A stretch of DNA of 64,000 nucleotides from Klebsormidium nitens (Eukaryota; Plantae; Klebsormidiophyceae). The position numbers and the translations under genes were made by a program. The notes beneath the pieces were generated by a model. It was not told the DNA's origin. It saw only the letters and a program-made list of their open reading frames with translations, and ran no database searches. The stretch covers positions 19,067 through 83,066 of the forward strand of contig DF237360.1 of assembly GCA_000708835.1 (NCBI GenBank), written 5' to 3'. Positions 49,101-61,100 of the stretch are shown here, piece after piece; position 1 is the stretch's first letter, and each line of letters begins with the position of its first letter.

Positions 49101-52100
49101 GAGAAACCGGATTGGGCTGCCTTGGGGCGAAGCTTGACGTAAGATTTGTCCTTTCTAGGTTTCGTTCGGAGAGCTTGTGAGTCGGGACAACTGTCGGATA
49201 CGAGCTGGTGCTGGTGTGAGTTCGAGGCAGTGACAGAATGGACCGAATACTCTTGTTTCGCAAAGGACGTGGCTCAGAGTTAAAGTTGCGCGTCGACCGG
49301 AAACCGACTTGGCCTCCTTTGCAGTACCGACAGGTAAGAGGTACGGTACTTTTCAAGCTGTGATGCTGCTTCGGTATGTACCTTGGGTTACCATGTGGAT
49401 CTGCCAAGCCATCTGATTGGCGAAGAAATTTGGAAAGCTTTTTGCAGCTTTTCGGTCGACGCGCACCCATCAGTAAAATGAGCCTTGTCCACTGCACATC
49501 GAGGGATTCGTTCGTTTTCTGGTGCCCAAACCTTTTCAGACACATCGCTCCTCAAACCGGACACATCGTACCTCCGATTGAACCCACAGCTGTGCACACG
49601 TAGCGCCCGACTTTACGATGACGCACCTTTTAGTCAAGCTTTTCAGACCTCACCAAAACGTTCTGGCAAGATCCTTCTCGCTCCTCGGACGTTGCAGTTG
49701 GACGCTCTCCGGACGCAGCTTTCGGACCTGTCGCGGCGACTGGCGGGCCTCGAGGCGGCTGCGCACCCAAGCGAAGAAGAACTAGAGCGGGTGACGCAGC
49801 TGGGGCAGGCGGTCACAGCGGAAGAGAAGGCGCTCGCAAAGGTTGAGAAGGCCTCCGCCCATCTGCGAAAGAAGGTGGGCGCTCTGTTCTTATTTCCGAA
49901 TGCTGTGTGTTGCTTCTAGATGAAGCACACGGATTGCTTGAGGATAGGGATCGAAGCGGATGAAGAGATATGTTTGAGAATGATGTATTGTACGTCAGAA
50001 GGAACGCTTGGGTTTTGTTGATGATGCGGGTCAAAGCAGCAGCGCATTGCCGAGAAGGGGTACTGCCGCTTAAATTTCAAATCTTTTTGCGGCGGTTTCC
50101 AAGAGAGTCGCCGAGCAAGACGTGCGGTCCCCTGGGGTCACTATGCAAGTGCGACTTGTAGTTCGCGACCAAGAAATGCAGGGATGTTTAGATTGAACAG
50201 ATTCTGCTTTTTCTCTGCAGGCGGAGGAGATCCAGTCTCAGATGGACAACGCCGGTGGGGACGAGCTCAAGCGACAGAAGGAGAAGGTCGAGAAATTGCA
50301 GGCGGTGAGTGACGGCTTTCTATCGTCGTGTTGAATTGTGAAGAGATTACTGAATTGTGCAGAGAGAGAGCTGTCGAAGCACTGCGGATAACGTCATACT
50401 GATGGTGGCTTTCGCTTCCTGGGTTCTCTTTCGTACCGGTTTGGCACGGCCTTGCTCCGATTAGGGCACCGAAGCTTCCTGTCTGCTCTGAATCCACCCT
50501 GTCCACGTTGCTTACTGTTGCTTTTTAGTCTACTATTCGTTGAACAAGTTGCTTGAAATCTCACCAACAGAAGTGAGTGTGGACAGTACAACATGGAAGC
50601 GTTCCAACAGAAGAAAAGATGCCAGAGGGGTTGATCGTACACTATTATGTTTTCGTGTCCTCTGCGGTCCATTTGCGGCACGTTAAGGGATGTTAAGTCT
50701 GAAAAAGCCGATCAAATAAGTTTGTTTGTCGTACGCAGGGACTTCACAAGCGTGCAGAAACGATCAACAGCCTTTTTCTGACGAGATGAGCAATTGAGAG
50801 ACGAACGAGAATGACTCATCTGGCTGACATTGCTGTCTGAGAGCACAGAAGTCAGTCACGTACGTCGACTCATACGTACTCAAGGAGTGCTTAAAAAACC
50901 CCGTCTGCAAAACTTAGACGACCGACGCGACTTCTACCGACATAACTCACCTCGAAGTGCTGGTAAGACGCACGAATATTGTTAATCCCCGGGTTCAAAA
51001 ACAAAGAACCTCACTCTTTTATCCGCAGAATATCGACGGCACTTCGACCGAGATCAACCGCCTCAAAGTGCTGATCAAGACGCACGCCAAGGCGGGCGAG
51101 CGGCTGGCGAAGGCGGCAGAGGACGCGGAGAAGGAGCGGGTCAAGCTGACGTCACAGATGGAGGTGGTGACGTCAGAGCTGCGCGGGCTGGAGCAGGAGG
51201 CGCTCAAGGTCAAGGACAGCTACGAGAAGACGCAGGAGGTGAGGAAGGGGACACGGTTGCTGACGTCATGCACGTGCGTATGAAATGACGAGGACGAGCA
51301 CAGAATCTCGGTTCCGGAAGAAAGCTGCGGTGTTCACCTTGGGCTGTGGGATGGTATAACTGGTGGACGCCAAATAGTCCTTGTAGACGCGGCTTGTCGT
51401 CAAGAGGTTGCGCCAGTTGGAGCAAGTCGCGTCGAATCAACCGAGGGTCCATACAGTCAAGACGTGCGGACCCTCTCGCTTTCTTGTCCTATTTCGGAGC
51501 TTCTCCAACGTAACCCGCTGACGTCATTGACCACAGGTGTTGGAGTCGAAGCGCGGCGAGATGGAGTCGTTGCAGCGCGAGTACGCGCGGTGCAAGGCGG
51601 TGGTGGAGAGCTTCCGGCTGGGGGAGGTGGACCTGCTGACGCAACTCGAGGACGCGGCCGTGCTCGTGCAGGGCGCGGCCGCGAAGGCCAAGGCGCTCGA
51701 GAAGGCGCTCGCTGGCGTGCGCAAGAAGCAGGAGCAGCATCGGACGACGTGAGGATGCTCTGCTCGCGAATTTCGCGTTCAAAATTCGGCCGCGGGAACG
51801 TTGATTTCTGGAAAGTCTCTGTAAGAAGGTAGAGCGCTCGAGAAGGAGCTTAAGGACGCGAGGCACTTCAAATCCCATGATGCGCAACTGTAAGTATGGG
51901 GCTTTCAAAAGTTTTCGAAGTATCAGGAATCTCTCTGTGTAGGAGGAAAAGGTGCTCGAAGAAGCGATGGTGATCGTGCGCCGGAAGCCCAACCTGATCA
52001 GAAGTGCGAGCACGTTTTAAGCTCGTGTACGTGTGTTTCAAAAGTTGTCCGATTATTGAACTTCTACTGAGAGAGAATGTTTTCCTAGGATATTTCAAAA

Positions 52101-55100
52101 TGGATTTTTGAATTCCTACCAGCCAGGCTCTTCGCTTCCTAGACACTCAACAATGCTGCCTGTCAGCCTGTCTCAAAAGGCCTGATGAGCGCAATACGCA
52201 CTTGACGGAGGGTTTCCTCGCGACTTTTGGGCTTTCTGAGCCGTCTCTTTAAGTTACTACTCTTCTGCACTTTTTTGTCGAATCCTGTTCCTGTCGGCTC
52301 CGCCCCTCTGTCCGCTCTTCCGCTCCGAAATATTCCTCTGGTTGTTGAGTCCGTTACCTTTTCCCGCCTTTCTGCTTGAATATTTCCACTGCACTTCTTT
52401 CCACTGATGGTCGAGTCGGTTTCTTCCCCGCCTGTTCTTATGACGCCCCTCGCTCCTTTTCCACAGGCTCGATCTGTCGGAAGAAGAGGCCGCGGCGTTG
52501 CTGGCCCCCCCGCCTGCGGAGGACGCCGCCCCCGAGACGCAAGAAGACGTGCGCGAGCGCATCCAGAAACTAGAGGCGGAACTCAACGGGATGAAGCCGA
52601 ACATGGCGTCCATTGCAGAGTGAGGCTCGGCCTTTGAGGCCGTGTGACTTTCGGTTCTTCTGAGGATTTGGCGGGCGTAAGGGGTTTCTGCAGTGCGTGG
52701 CAGAGCTCTACCATGAATCGCCCAGAGGAGTCAAAGCAGCAACGACTGGTCGGCTCACAGTGTGTCCTTTTTTTGTCGCAGCTCGGAACTGGGAACTCAC
52801 TCATGTATTCTGACCTTGCTGGGGGAAAGAAAACGAATGATGAGGGGCAGCATTAGGGGCAGCATCAGCCGAACGTACTATTCTTCTTCCTTCGAGGGCC
52901 TTTGCACACAGAGCGGGTGTTGTTTTGGACAATTCGCCGAGAACCGAAGGTGTTGCTTTGCCCGAATTGCCAACGCGACTTCGGGGGGTACCTTCGGCAC
53001 GCAAACGTGGTCCCGTGCGACGGTCAGAGTGTCATCGCAAAACTTCACCACCGTCACCACGCTCCAAAGCGTGGTGACGATTTGGAACACCGCGGTCTTT
53101 TTGCTGACGTATGACCGTACGAGTCGGCGAATTGGAAACAACACCCACGGTGTTTTCCTGGCAACGGGACCGCCGCGACCCCCGCTGTACCGTCGCTCGA
53201 AACCAACAACACCCGCTCTATGTGCAAAGGCCCTGAGTGGTCTAATCGAGTACATACTTTCCTGTCACAGGTACCGCAAGAAGGAGGCCGACTACACGGC
53301 GCGCGTGCGCGACCTGGATGCGGTGACGTCAGCGCGCGACGAGGCGCGCAAGGAGCACACGGAGCTGCGCAAGACGCGGCTGGACGAGTTCATGGCGGGC
53401 TTCAACGTCATCACCATGAAGCTCAAGGAGATGTACCAGGTGACGACACGTGGCAGCCTTCGATTGGGTGCCCTGGTCCTATCTTGTATATTGACTGGGA
53501 ACTGCACATCAGTATCAGCCTCTTTTGGAAAACTGCTGCTTTTCTGAGAAGGTTGCTGCTTTAAAAGGCTTTTCAAGTCACAGTGCAGGTACAAGCGAAC
53601 GGCCACACTTTCAAATCTCGTTATCTGAGAAATCAATTCCCCGGGTCTTCTCATACGCCACGTGGTTAAGCTGAAGACGCCACTTTCGGAACTTCGCTTC
53701 AGGGGAAAACAGTACAAGATGAATGAGGCTCGAACTCAGTTTCACGGAAACCAATACAAATTGAGCGAGGCTGAAAGCCAGTCTCTCCCCCGACGTTTCA
53801 GATGATTACGCTAGGGGGCGATGCAGAGTTGGAGTTGGTGGACTCGCTGGACCCCTTCTCGGAGGGTATCGTGTTCAGCGTGCGGCCCCCCAAGAAGAGC
53901 TGGAAGAACATCTCCAATCTGTCCGGGGGGGAGAAGGTGCGTGCAAGCGAACCCCTGGGACAAGGATGACTTAAGGGAAAAAGTCGACTGTCGTGTTTGC
54001 AATTCGTAGTGCAAGCATCGCAAAATGGGAATTGACGCTTGTAGCTTTCAGCCTCGTATCGACGGACCTGTGTTTGAGAATGCAGATCCAGTTATGCTGT
54101 TTCCGAAGACGGGATCCGAGACAGTCTGCGAGAATCTTCACTGCCCCCACAGAAAATGTGGGGCAATGTGAATCCGCGTGCCTATCCGCTCCCCCTTCGG
54201 AGGTCACCAGGAAGCGAAAGCCTAAGGTGAAGTGACCCGCATGACGTCAGACCAGCTCAGGTGGCTGACGTGACGTTCGTGCTTCTCCGCAGACCCTAAG
54301 CAGCCTCGCCTTGGTGTTCGCCCTGCATCACTACAAGCCCACGCCTCTGTACGTCATGGACGAGATCGACGCCGCTCTTGGTGAGTCGACGTGGCATGTC
54401 TGTCCCGTTTTGACTTGAGATTCATAACTCTGCTTTTCGAGTGTGAGTATCCTTGCGGAGCACTTTCTGAGAGCGGAGGCAGATAACCTGGGCTGTGTTC
54501 GTTACGAATCTTCCGAGAGGAGGCCCGGAGTGAAGAGGGCTGATGCGCTTGTATCCGTGACAGAGGATTCTCCTCCGGCCAGTATTCAAACACTCTGCAC
54601 CAAGTCCGCTCTTAGAAAGGAAGTGGGATCCTTGAGGTGCTTTTCGCCAAGTCATCTTTTGTCATCCTGGACAAGTTCTCGAATACCAATTTTCGTCCTT
54701 TGCTGACAGACTTCCCCTGTTGAAGCACAGGTCAACTCATCAACGCACTTTGTTCCATGCAGACTTCAAAAACGTATCCATCGTCGCCCACTACATCAAA
54801 GACAGGACCAAGGATGCCCAGTTCATCATCATCAGGTATGATACGACCTCGAGCGCCTCCGTGGTATGCTTGGATTCAGACTTCCAGGAAATGCTTCTTA
54901 ACAAGGCTCGTCTCTGCGGTGGGACTAGCTTCCATATCAAAATGATGTTTCGACCCTGAGGGAGACTGTCGACCGGTACAGTCGGCTCTTCTTTCATGTC
55001 TTTCCGTCAAAACCTGTTTGTTTGCCGAGTTCAATGCTTCTTTTCTGAAGCCATCCGTGCTCTGAAGGTTCCTCCTGCACTCATGTCAGCGCGTTACTTC

Positions 55101-55461
55101 TCTTGTCCTTTGGGAACGTGCGTGCTGCACTGCAATGTGTTCTGCCTGGACTCGATCAAGTGCTTCGACTTGAATCCACTGAATACGAAGTCTGGCTGTG
55201 CTGAGCCCGTCTCAATATGCGAAGCGAATGGAAAGGTTGCATGACGACTTCCTGGATTGAGCGGAAGACGGGGCACTATCACATTTGTCAAATGTAGCGA
55301 GCATTTGCAGGTGAAGCCAAGCTGACCCTGCAATTTTTTGCAGCCTCCGAAACAACATGTTCGAGCTGGCGGACAGACTGGTGGGCATCTACAAGACGGA
55401 CAACTGCACCAAAAGCATCACCATCAACCCGCGCAGCTTTGCAGTTGCGGCGGCTACCTGA
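40110..55461 (+). CDS. SMC4: Structural maintenance of chromosomes protein 4 (condensin SMC4/CAP-C), 26 exons, ~1239 aa
   Basis: Exons 40110-40247, 40808-40897, 41197-41298, 41574-41750, 42094-42224, 42629-42707, 43055-43212, 43630-43705, 44252-44380, 44687-44831, 45201-45331, 46017-46169, 46520-46709, 47180-47313, 47712-47933, 48762-49007, 49698-49874, 50221-50304, 51029-51238, 51537-51748, 52467-52619, 53271-53439, 53802-53936, 54293-54380, 54763-54835, 55344-55461 (3720 nt). Motifs: NFKSYAG, Walker A GPNGSGKSN, NNRFLILQGEVEQI, hinge GRLGELGAI and IESSGTMSGGG, signature LSGGEK, Walker B YVMDEIDAALD, ISLRNNMFELA. Confidence 0.97.
48200..48790 (+). repeat. 2 clear plus up to 3 degenerate copies of the SMC4 exon 16 acceptor plus exon head
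   Basis: GT(A/G)AT(C/T)GAGAGCAGCGGGACTATGTC at 48613 and 48762 (functional), with degenerate echoes near 48469, 48360 and 48228. Confidence 0.7.
52896..53233. mobile_element. PIF/Harbinger (Tourist)-like MITE (338 bp) in SMC4 intron 21
   Basis: TIRs GGGCCTTTGCACA(C/T)AGAGCGGGTGTTGTT (29 bp, 1 mismatch). The 3-bp flanks CGA and TGA fit a TSD with one substitution. No coding capacity. Confidence 0.75.
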
Positions 55462-55634
55462 TCGACTAGAGTGCAGTCTATCCGTAGAAGACGATGTGCA
55501 GAGTATCTGGAGTGCTTTGCGAGCGTGTTCACTTGGTCACGTGGAGTAGGTTCTACGTATGTACATTAGCTGATTGTGTAGTTGCTTCAATACATTCCTA
55601 TGGTATTACTGTCGGACAGCTTAAGCTGCAATAA

Positions 55635-55718
55635 TTCAATGGCGGGTTATCCGCAAAAGTCATGGCGTAAAATGATGCTTCAATGGCGGGTTATCCGCAA
55701 AATGCCATGGCGTAAAAT
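55635..55718. repeat. 2 x 44 bp duplication in the SMC4/DUF3593 convergent gap
   Basis: TTCAATGGCGGGTTATCCGCAAAA...CATGGCGTAAAAT occurs twice. Confidence 0.85.
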
Positions 55719-55806
55719 TTTCCAAGCTCATTGTGCGATTATAGAGCTTGTCCGATCAAGCCAGCGTGCGCAATGATTGATCTATGTCACCAAGGCATCC
55801 CAACAC

Positions 55807-57215
55807 TTATCGCCGAACATCAATTGGTGCTTCGACCTCAGGATGGCGCTCCCCTTCAGGATCTAGGTCAGGCAACACGCTTGGCTCGGTCGGCTGCTCG
55901 TCTTTCCGAAGGGCTTGCCGAAGGCCAATGACTATGAACAGGTTGGTTAAGGTGAGAAAGGACTCGGCCCCCCCATGTAGCCAATCAACATTCGACAAGG
56001 AGGTTCCATAGTGCAGCTTTGCTGCAAAGTAACACAGTAGCGGGGTTCAGCAATGAGTGAAGTCAAAAGCTGGCATTCTGAGCTCGCGGACTTTCACAGA
56101 CCGAGCATTAAAATCATGACTGTTGGACTCACAGACACTTCAGGATGTCGGTCTCTTGGCAAGCAATCTGACTTCAGCAAGTCTAAGAAGACTGCCTGAG
56201 TCCCAACCGACTCCTGCTTGGAAGACAGTGCAAAATTTCTTTGTGTTTCCGTTGAGTCCGACTTTCATGAAGAAGGTCTGCAAGATCCTATCATCAAACA
56301 TGAATCAGTTTGAAAAAAGGATCTTGTCTCATCACTCATCACTTACCGTAAATGCCCGCCGGAACTGCAGAAAACGTGCGAAGGCCATCAGACACACATT
56401 GTAAGAAGTGTGGAAGGAGGTGACATCCTGGTGACTTGTGCAGGCAGCTCAGAAAGAGGTTCAGATGATGTAAGTGAGTCAGAGAAACATTGCCCAATGT
56501 AATCATCAACGAATGCTTTCTACGAGCGGAGGTTTGGCGCCGATGTTTACAACCGTGCAGCGAGGGGCGTCAGCAACATCTGCACATGGATATATGGTCA
56601 CTAGGTCTTGGCTAAGCTTGACTTTCAGGAGACTCATAAGATTCTGCAAAGTCCAAGCAAGCTGAAGCACAGTGGTGGCGATCACTCACTTGTGGCGCCA
56701 ACAAAGACTAGGAGGAAGTAGAAGCCAAACAAGGTCAGCTTTGGTGCCGTTTTGGAGCGCGTCAGGTGGTACAGAAACCCCAGATAAGGGAGGAGCGAGG
56801 CTGCAAAGAGCTGCGACGCGATGCTCTGGGAGTCCACTTGCATGCTTGGGTTCCATGGGTCAATTGGCATCAAGCCACATGTCACTTGGCCCTTCTTAGC
56901 GCCACTACTGCAACCGTAGCCTCTATGCGCAACTTTTCTGCTCGTAGATGCTGGCTTTGTGATGTTTGCAACATGATTCACAGGAAGAAACCCTTGGAAT
57001 GCCCCCATCCGCCTGCAATTCGACTCCAGCAGCTTCAACCGGCTCGGACACTGCTTGCAGCGCGGCCTCTGGGTATCGTGTGTTCTCACGGAGAAAGCCC
57101 GGAGTTTGACACTAGGACTCTGCAAGCTCTCGACAGCGCTGCAGGACGGGTGGACGGCAACGTTCGCCGATGGCCAGCATCTCAGCTCCGCCAGGCACTC
57201 GACTGAAGACGGCAT
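55807..57215 (-). CDS. DUF3593 family membrane protein with probable plastid transit peptide, 3 exons, ~252 aa
   Basis: Exons 57215-56690, 56364-56347 (18 nt), 56021-55807. SQLFAASLLPYLGFLYHLT..FGFYFLLVFVGATIPAGIYAKLHYGTSLSNVDWLHGGAESFLTLTNLFIVIGLRQAL matches the DUF3593 pattern from memory. The N-terminus is Ser/Arg-rich. Confidence 0.85.
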
Positions 57216-58157
57216 TGTGTAATGCAGGGACTATCCAGCAGCAAAAGTAAGGCCGGAGGATTCAACAACTATCAATCCAGTATCCTTCTCCCTCAACACC
57301 TTTCAAGAAAGGGCTCCTGCCTAAAAAGTTCAGACTTCTGCAGCGCTCTAGCTGGAGTCTGAGACTGCATGATGGTGCTGGGGGGATGCAGATTGCAAAG
57401 TGGGCATGCATGAGCTGGCAATGTTGGACGCGAATCGTAGATTACGAGGATCGGACGGCAACGAGCAGGTCAAAGATATTCACGATTTCGAAGGCGACTG
57501 TTCTTCCACGATCCTTGTGTTTTAAAAAGTAGGATACTGACGTTGTCGCTCAGCAGCTCTCAAATATCAGAAACCCTTCCTGCCGTCAGATGCCCAGAGC
57601 TGGTTTTGGATGGGTCCCGAGCGTCGGTTGGGAGAGCATCCGCCATTCCCGGAACGGCTCCTCGCACAGACTGCTTTTGAAACTTGAATCCAGCTTGCAA
57701 GCAAGGCGTCCTGCAGCAGAATTTGAACTTGAAGTGGTTGCTTGCTAGAAAGTGTGCACGCCTTCTGTAGCAATTGTTGGCCGGAGAGGGTCTGTCTGAC
57801 TTGGGTAATTGTGGAAGTTCTGCTCCCTGTGTTGCGGAATTCATGCAGTCGCTCTGTACCTTTTGAGTGTAACACATGAAGAGATTAAAAATAGAAGTGA
57901 TTGTACATGTGCTTCTATTTTCCTCCGGGCTGCCTCAGAACGGAGTATGATTGCTTGAGGATCTCCAGTGAAGACGCAATTAGTCACCTTTTGGATGTTG
58001 GATAGAGCTCGGCACCGGATGCTTGGATTGAGATGAAGAGGAGAGGCAGAAATGGATTCCTTACGCACATTGGCTTTTTGTGACTATCGTTGAAGTCATT
58101 GCGATCATTGTTGCATATCGTTGAATTCAAAAAGAAGCTCATAGGGAGACAGAAACG
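57216..58157. promoter_or_regulatory. Divergent intergenic region, DUF3593 / AFC kinase
   Basis: About 0.94 kb between opposed start codons. Inferred from geometry only. Confidence 0.5.
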
Positions 58158-61100
58158 ATGGAGAGGGACTACAGAGATGGTCGGCCAGAAAAACGGGCAA
58201 GGTTGGATGAAGTGCGGGAGAGCGGAGAAGTGGTAAGTTGCAGGGAAGTTGATGGGGCCAGTCAGCAGAGGATGGTGACTCTTCTCAAATTCAATATCTC
58301 GTAATCTGAATGTCCTGGCTCCGGGAATGCGAGCAGTCTGATTGCTCTTTCGGGGAGAGTTTTTACCAGCAAGATGTGACAAGTATCGCGGGAGCTGGAA
58401 ATGCTTTTATAAGAAGAAACATGTGGCTCAGGCAATGAGTTGACGTCTGAAGGAGTCTGCCTTCGTATCAGGATCTTGATCTGCCTGAATATCTGTGGCA
58501 TTGTGATGCATGCTTCTGTACGATTTCTTGCAAAATGGAGAGCTGCATTTGGGTTACGATGGTCTAGGACAGTTTTACCACTCATTCCTGTGTGGTAATA
58601 TCAGCAGAGCAACCATTGTTGATACTGTGAGGCCTGCTATGTGCAAGTTCACTGCTCAGTGAAAGTCGTCGTTGCTCCATCTATTTCCATAATATCACAA
58701 TGTTTTTCAGGTCGGGCACTGGGACTTTTTCTTTTCAGCAAGCTCTAAGGCACCTTACGGGTTAATCAAGCCCCAGAATTCTCAGCCGATTGCATTCCAT
58801 TCTGCCAAGGTCGTGCCAACCCATGGTTTTTGTCGCAACTGCACTAGATTTGCCTGTTCTGATGGCGGCGTTAAGTCTGCGCTTGAGCCGTCCGAGATTG
58901 GACTGAGATCAATCTCTTTCCGCTGTCGCCCTGAGCCAATGCCTCATGTCAGAAGCCAGTGGTTGAGCCTCCCAACACTGAGCAGAACAATAGCGGCTGA
59001 CCTTTTGAAAACCCTAAATCCTCCCAACACCTTGGATGCACATAAGATTGGATATGGACTGGCTTCTTCCAAAGCTTTAGGCCAATCCAGTGCCATGAAC
59101 TCCTTCATTTTGCTGGAAACATTACGACTTCACATTTTGGCAACCCCAATATGTCGGCGCCCCCAATGGGAGATAGCAAGCACGCCAACATCCACTAGGC
59201 AGACAGCATGGGATGCCTACCTCCACAAGTGTATTTTGCTTCGCCTAATAAAACCATTTGCTTGATGCGACTTGATGTGACCAACACCAAGAACGTTCTT
59301 CATTTGCAGGCACAGTTGGCTCATAGCTACTCAGGAGGGGGGCGAGAAGAGCTCCAATACCTTCCCCATGCCCCAGGAAATGCCCCCCAAATGAACGGGG
59401 GGAACAGGGCAAGCCCCCCCTGGCGGGAGGACGACAAGGACGGTCACTACACGTTTGAACTGGGGGAGAATCTTACCCCCCGATGTGAGTAGCATCTCTT
59501 GGATCTATCAGTCTGGGCTTACCTTTGTGTTCAGGCTTTGAGAAGGGGGATCTCAGGAACCCCCTTGCAGCCGTCAAGTCTGTCCGCGACCTTCACTTCT
59601 GCGGGCGATGTTTTTGATGTGCTGGTAGGGTGAGAGTATGGGAGCAAGTTGATTCCGACGATTTCATTCCTGTGGACGTACACCGATCTCATAAGCAGCA
59701 TCTGTTCAAGTCTCTGATGCCCTTTCTCCGACGCTGCAGATAAAATCCTGAGTAAGATGGGAGAAGGTGAGCCGTCTCGCAGCTCTCCGCGCACACACAG
59801 CAAACGCTCGCTTTCGGAGGTGTGGTCGTTATTGAGATCAAGCGCCGCCAAGTTTCGGCCCTGAGGCTTCATCATTGCCAGCTCAACCTTCATGTGTGTA
59901 CGTTCTCACCGTCCTACTTTGACATTGACTCTTGCTTCTGAGAAGAGATTTAAAAGGCGGAGCTTCTCCGTCATTTCCAGGTACGTTTGGCCGGGTGCTA
60001 GAGTGTTGGGACCGGGACGAGGCCCAGTACGTGGCTATAAAGGTCATCAGGAACGTGCAAAAGTATCGGGACGCAGCCATGATCGAGATCGATGTGCTGC
60101 AGACCTTGCAAAAGCATGACAAGGGGGGGCTAAGGTGAGAAAGCCTGCATCCTTACGGTTTCCTCTGATCATGTTCATCCGCAATACCAGCCTGTTTGTC
60201 AATTCGCTCTGCAATACCTCCTCATATTATTGCGAGCGTGGTGAAAGGAAACGGAAGCACTGAACGGCCGTCTCATTGTAATGAACTCTTCTGGCAAGAC
60301 GATGTGCATTGATCCGTGGGTCGTCAAACGCTCTTAGCACGATTCAGTGAAGAAAGACGGAGGGGCAACCAGGACTTGACAGGTGCATTGTACTGAGCCG
60401 TGCAAAATGTTACTCGCACTCAAATTCAGGCTTGGAGCCTTCCTTCTGACCCTTATCATCGTCGTGTATCAGGCGATGCGTTGCATTGAAGAGCTGGTTT
60501 GACTACCGGCATCACATATGCATGGTGAGTAGGTCCCACAACCGTACACTTGTGGGGATGGCCACTGTCAGTACTTTGAGAGGTTGCATCAGCAATCGAT
60601 GCAAAGGCGCTGTCGCTAACCGAATCAAGCCCCGTCTAAGCTTCGTTGTTCACCGGATGCTTCGGCCATCAGACTGAACCGAAAGGGTAGGACAGCCTAC
60701 GAGAGCCTATTCTCGGGATTGTAGTCCTTTGTTTTCATCGACATCAACAAGTGATCAGACAGCAAGAATCACTTGCCGCCACTCAAGGACCGGCCATATA
60801 AACATCACGACCAACACCGGAAGAAGCATGGTTGCTAACACAATACTGTACATTGCTGTCATGCTGACGTCAGCTTCTGCTTCTCCCCGGGGCAGGTGTT
60901 TGAGCGGCTGGGCCCCAGCCTGTTCGACTTTTTGAAGCGCAACCAGTACCGCGCGTTCCCGCTGGACATGGTGCGCGCGTTCGGGCGGCAGTTGCTCGAG
61001 TCGGTGGCGTATATGCACGAGCTGACGCTTATTCACACCGACCTCAAGCCCGAGAACATCCTGCTCGTCTCCTCTGACTACTCCAAGGTGCCGGAGTCCA

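Noticed and set aside
49287-49465. Small TIR element (TGCGCGTCGACCG inverted pair)
   Set aside because: Only a 13-bp match, partly self-palindromic, with no TSD.
51942-52013. Extra SMC4 exon EEKVLEEAMVIVRR
   Set aside because: It is phase-incompatible with exon 20 and has no suitable donor. Exon 20 joins 52467 cleanly and the total length already fits SMC4.
58813-59309. Alternative AFC start (150-aa ORF or MGCLPPQ at 59208)
   Set aside because: The exon at 58158-58232 ([22 protein letters not shown] donor) fits the AFC N-terminal basic motif better.
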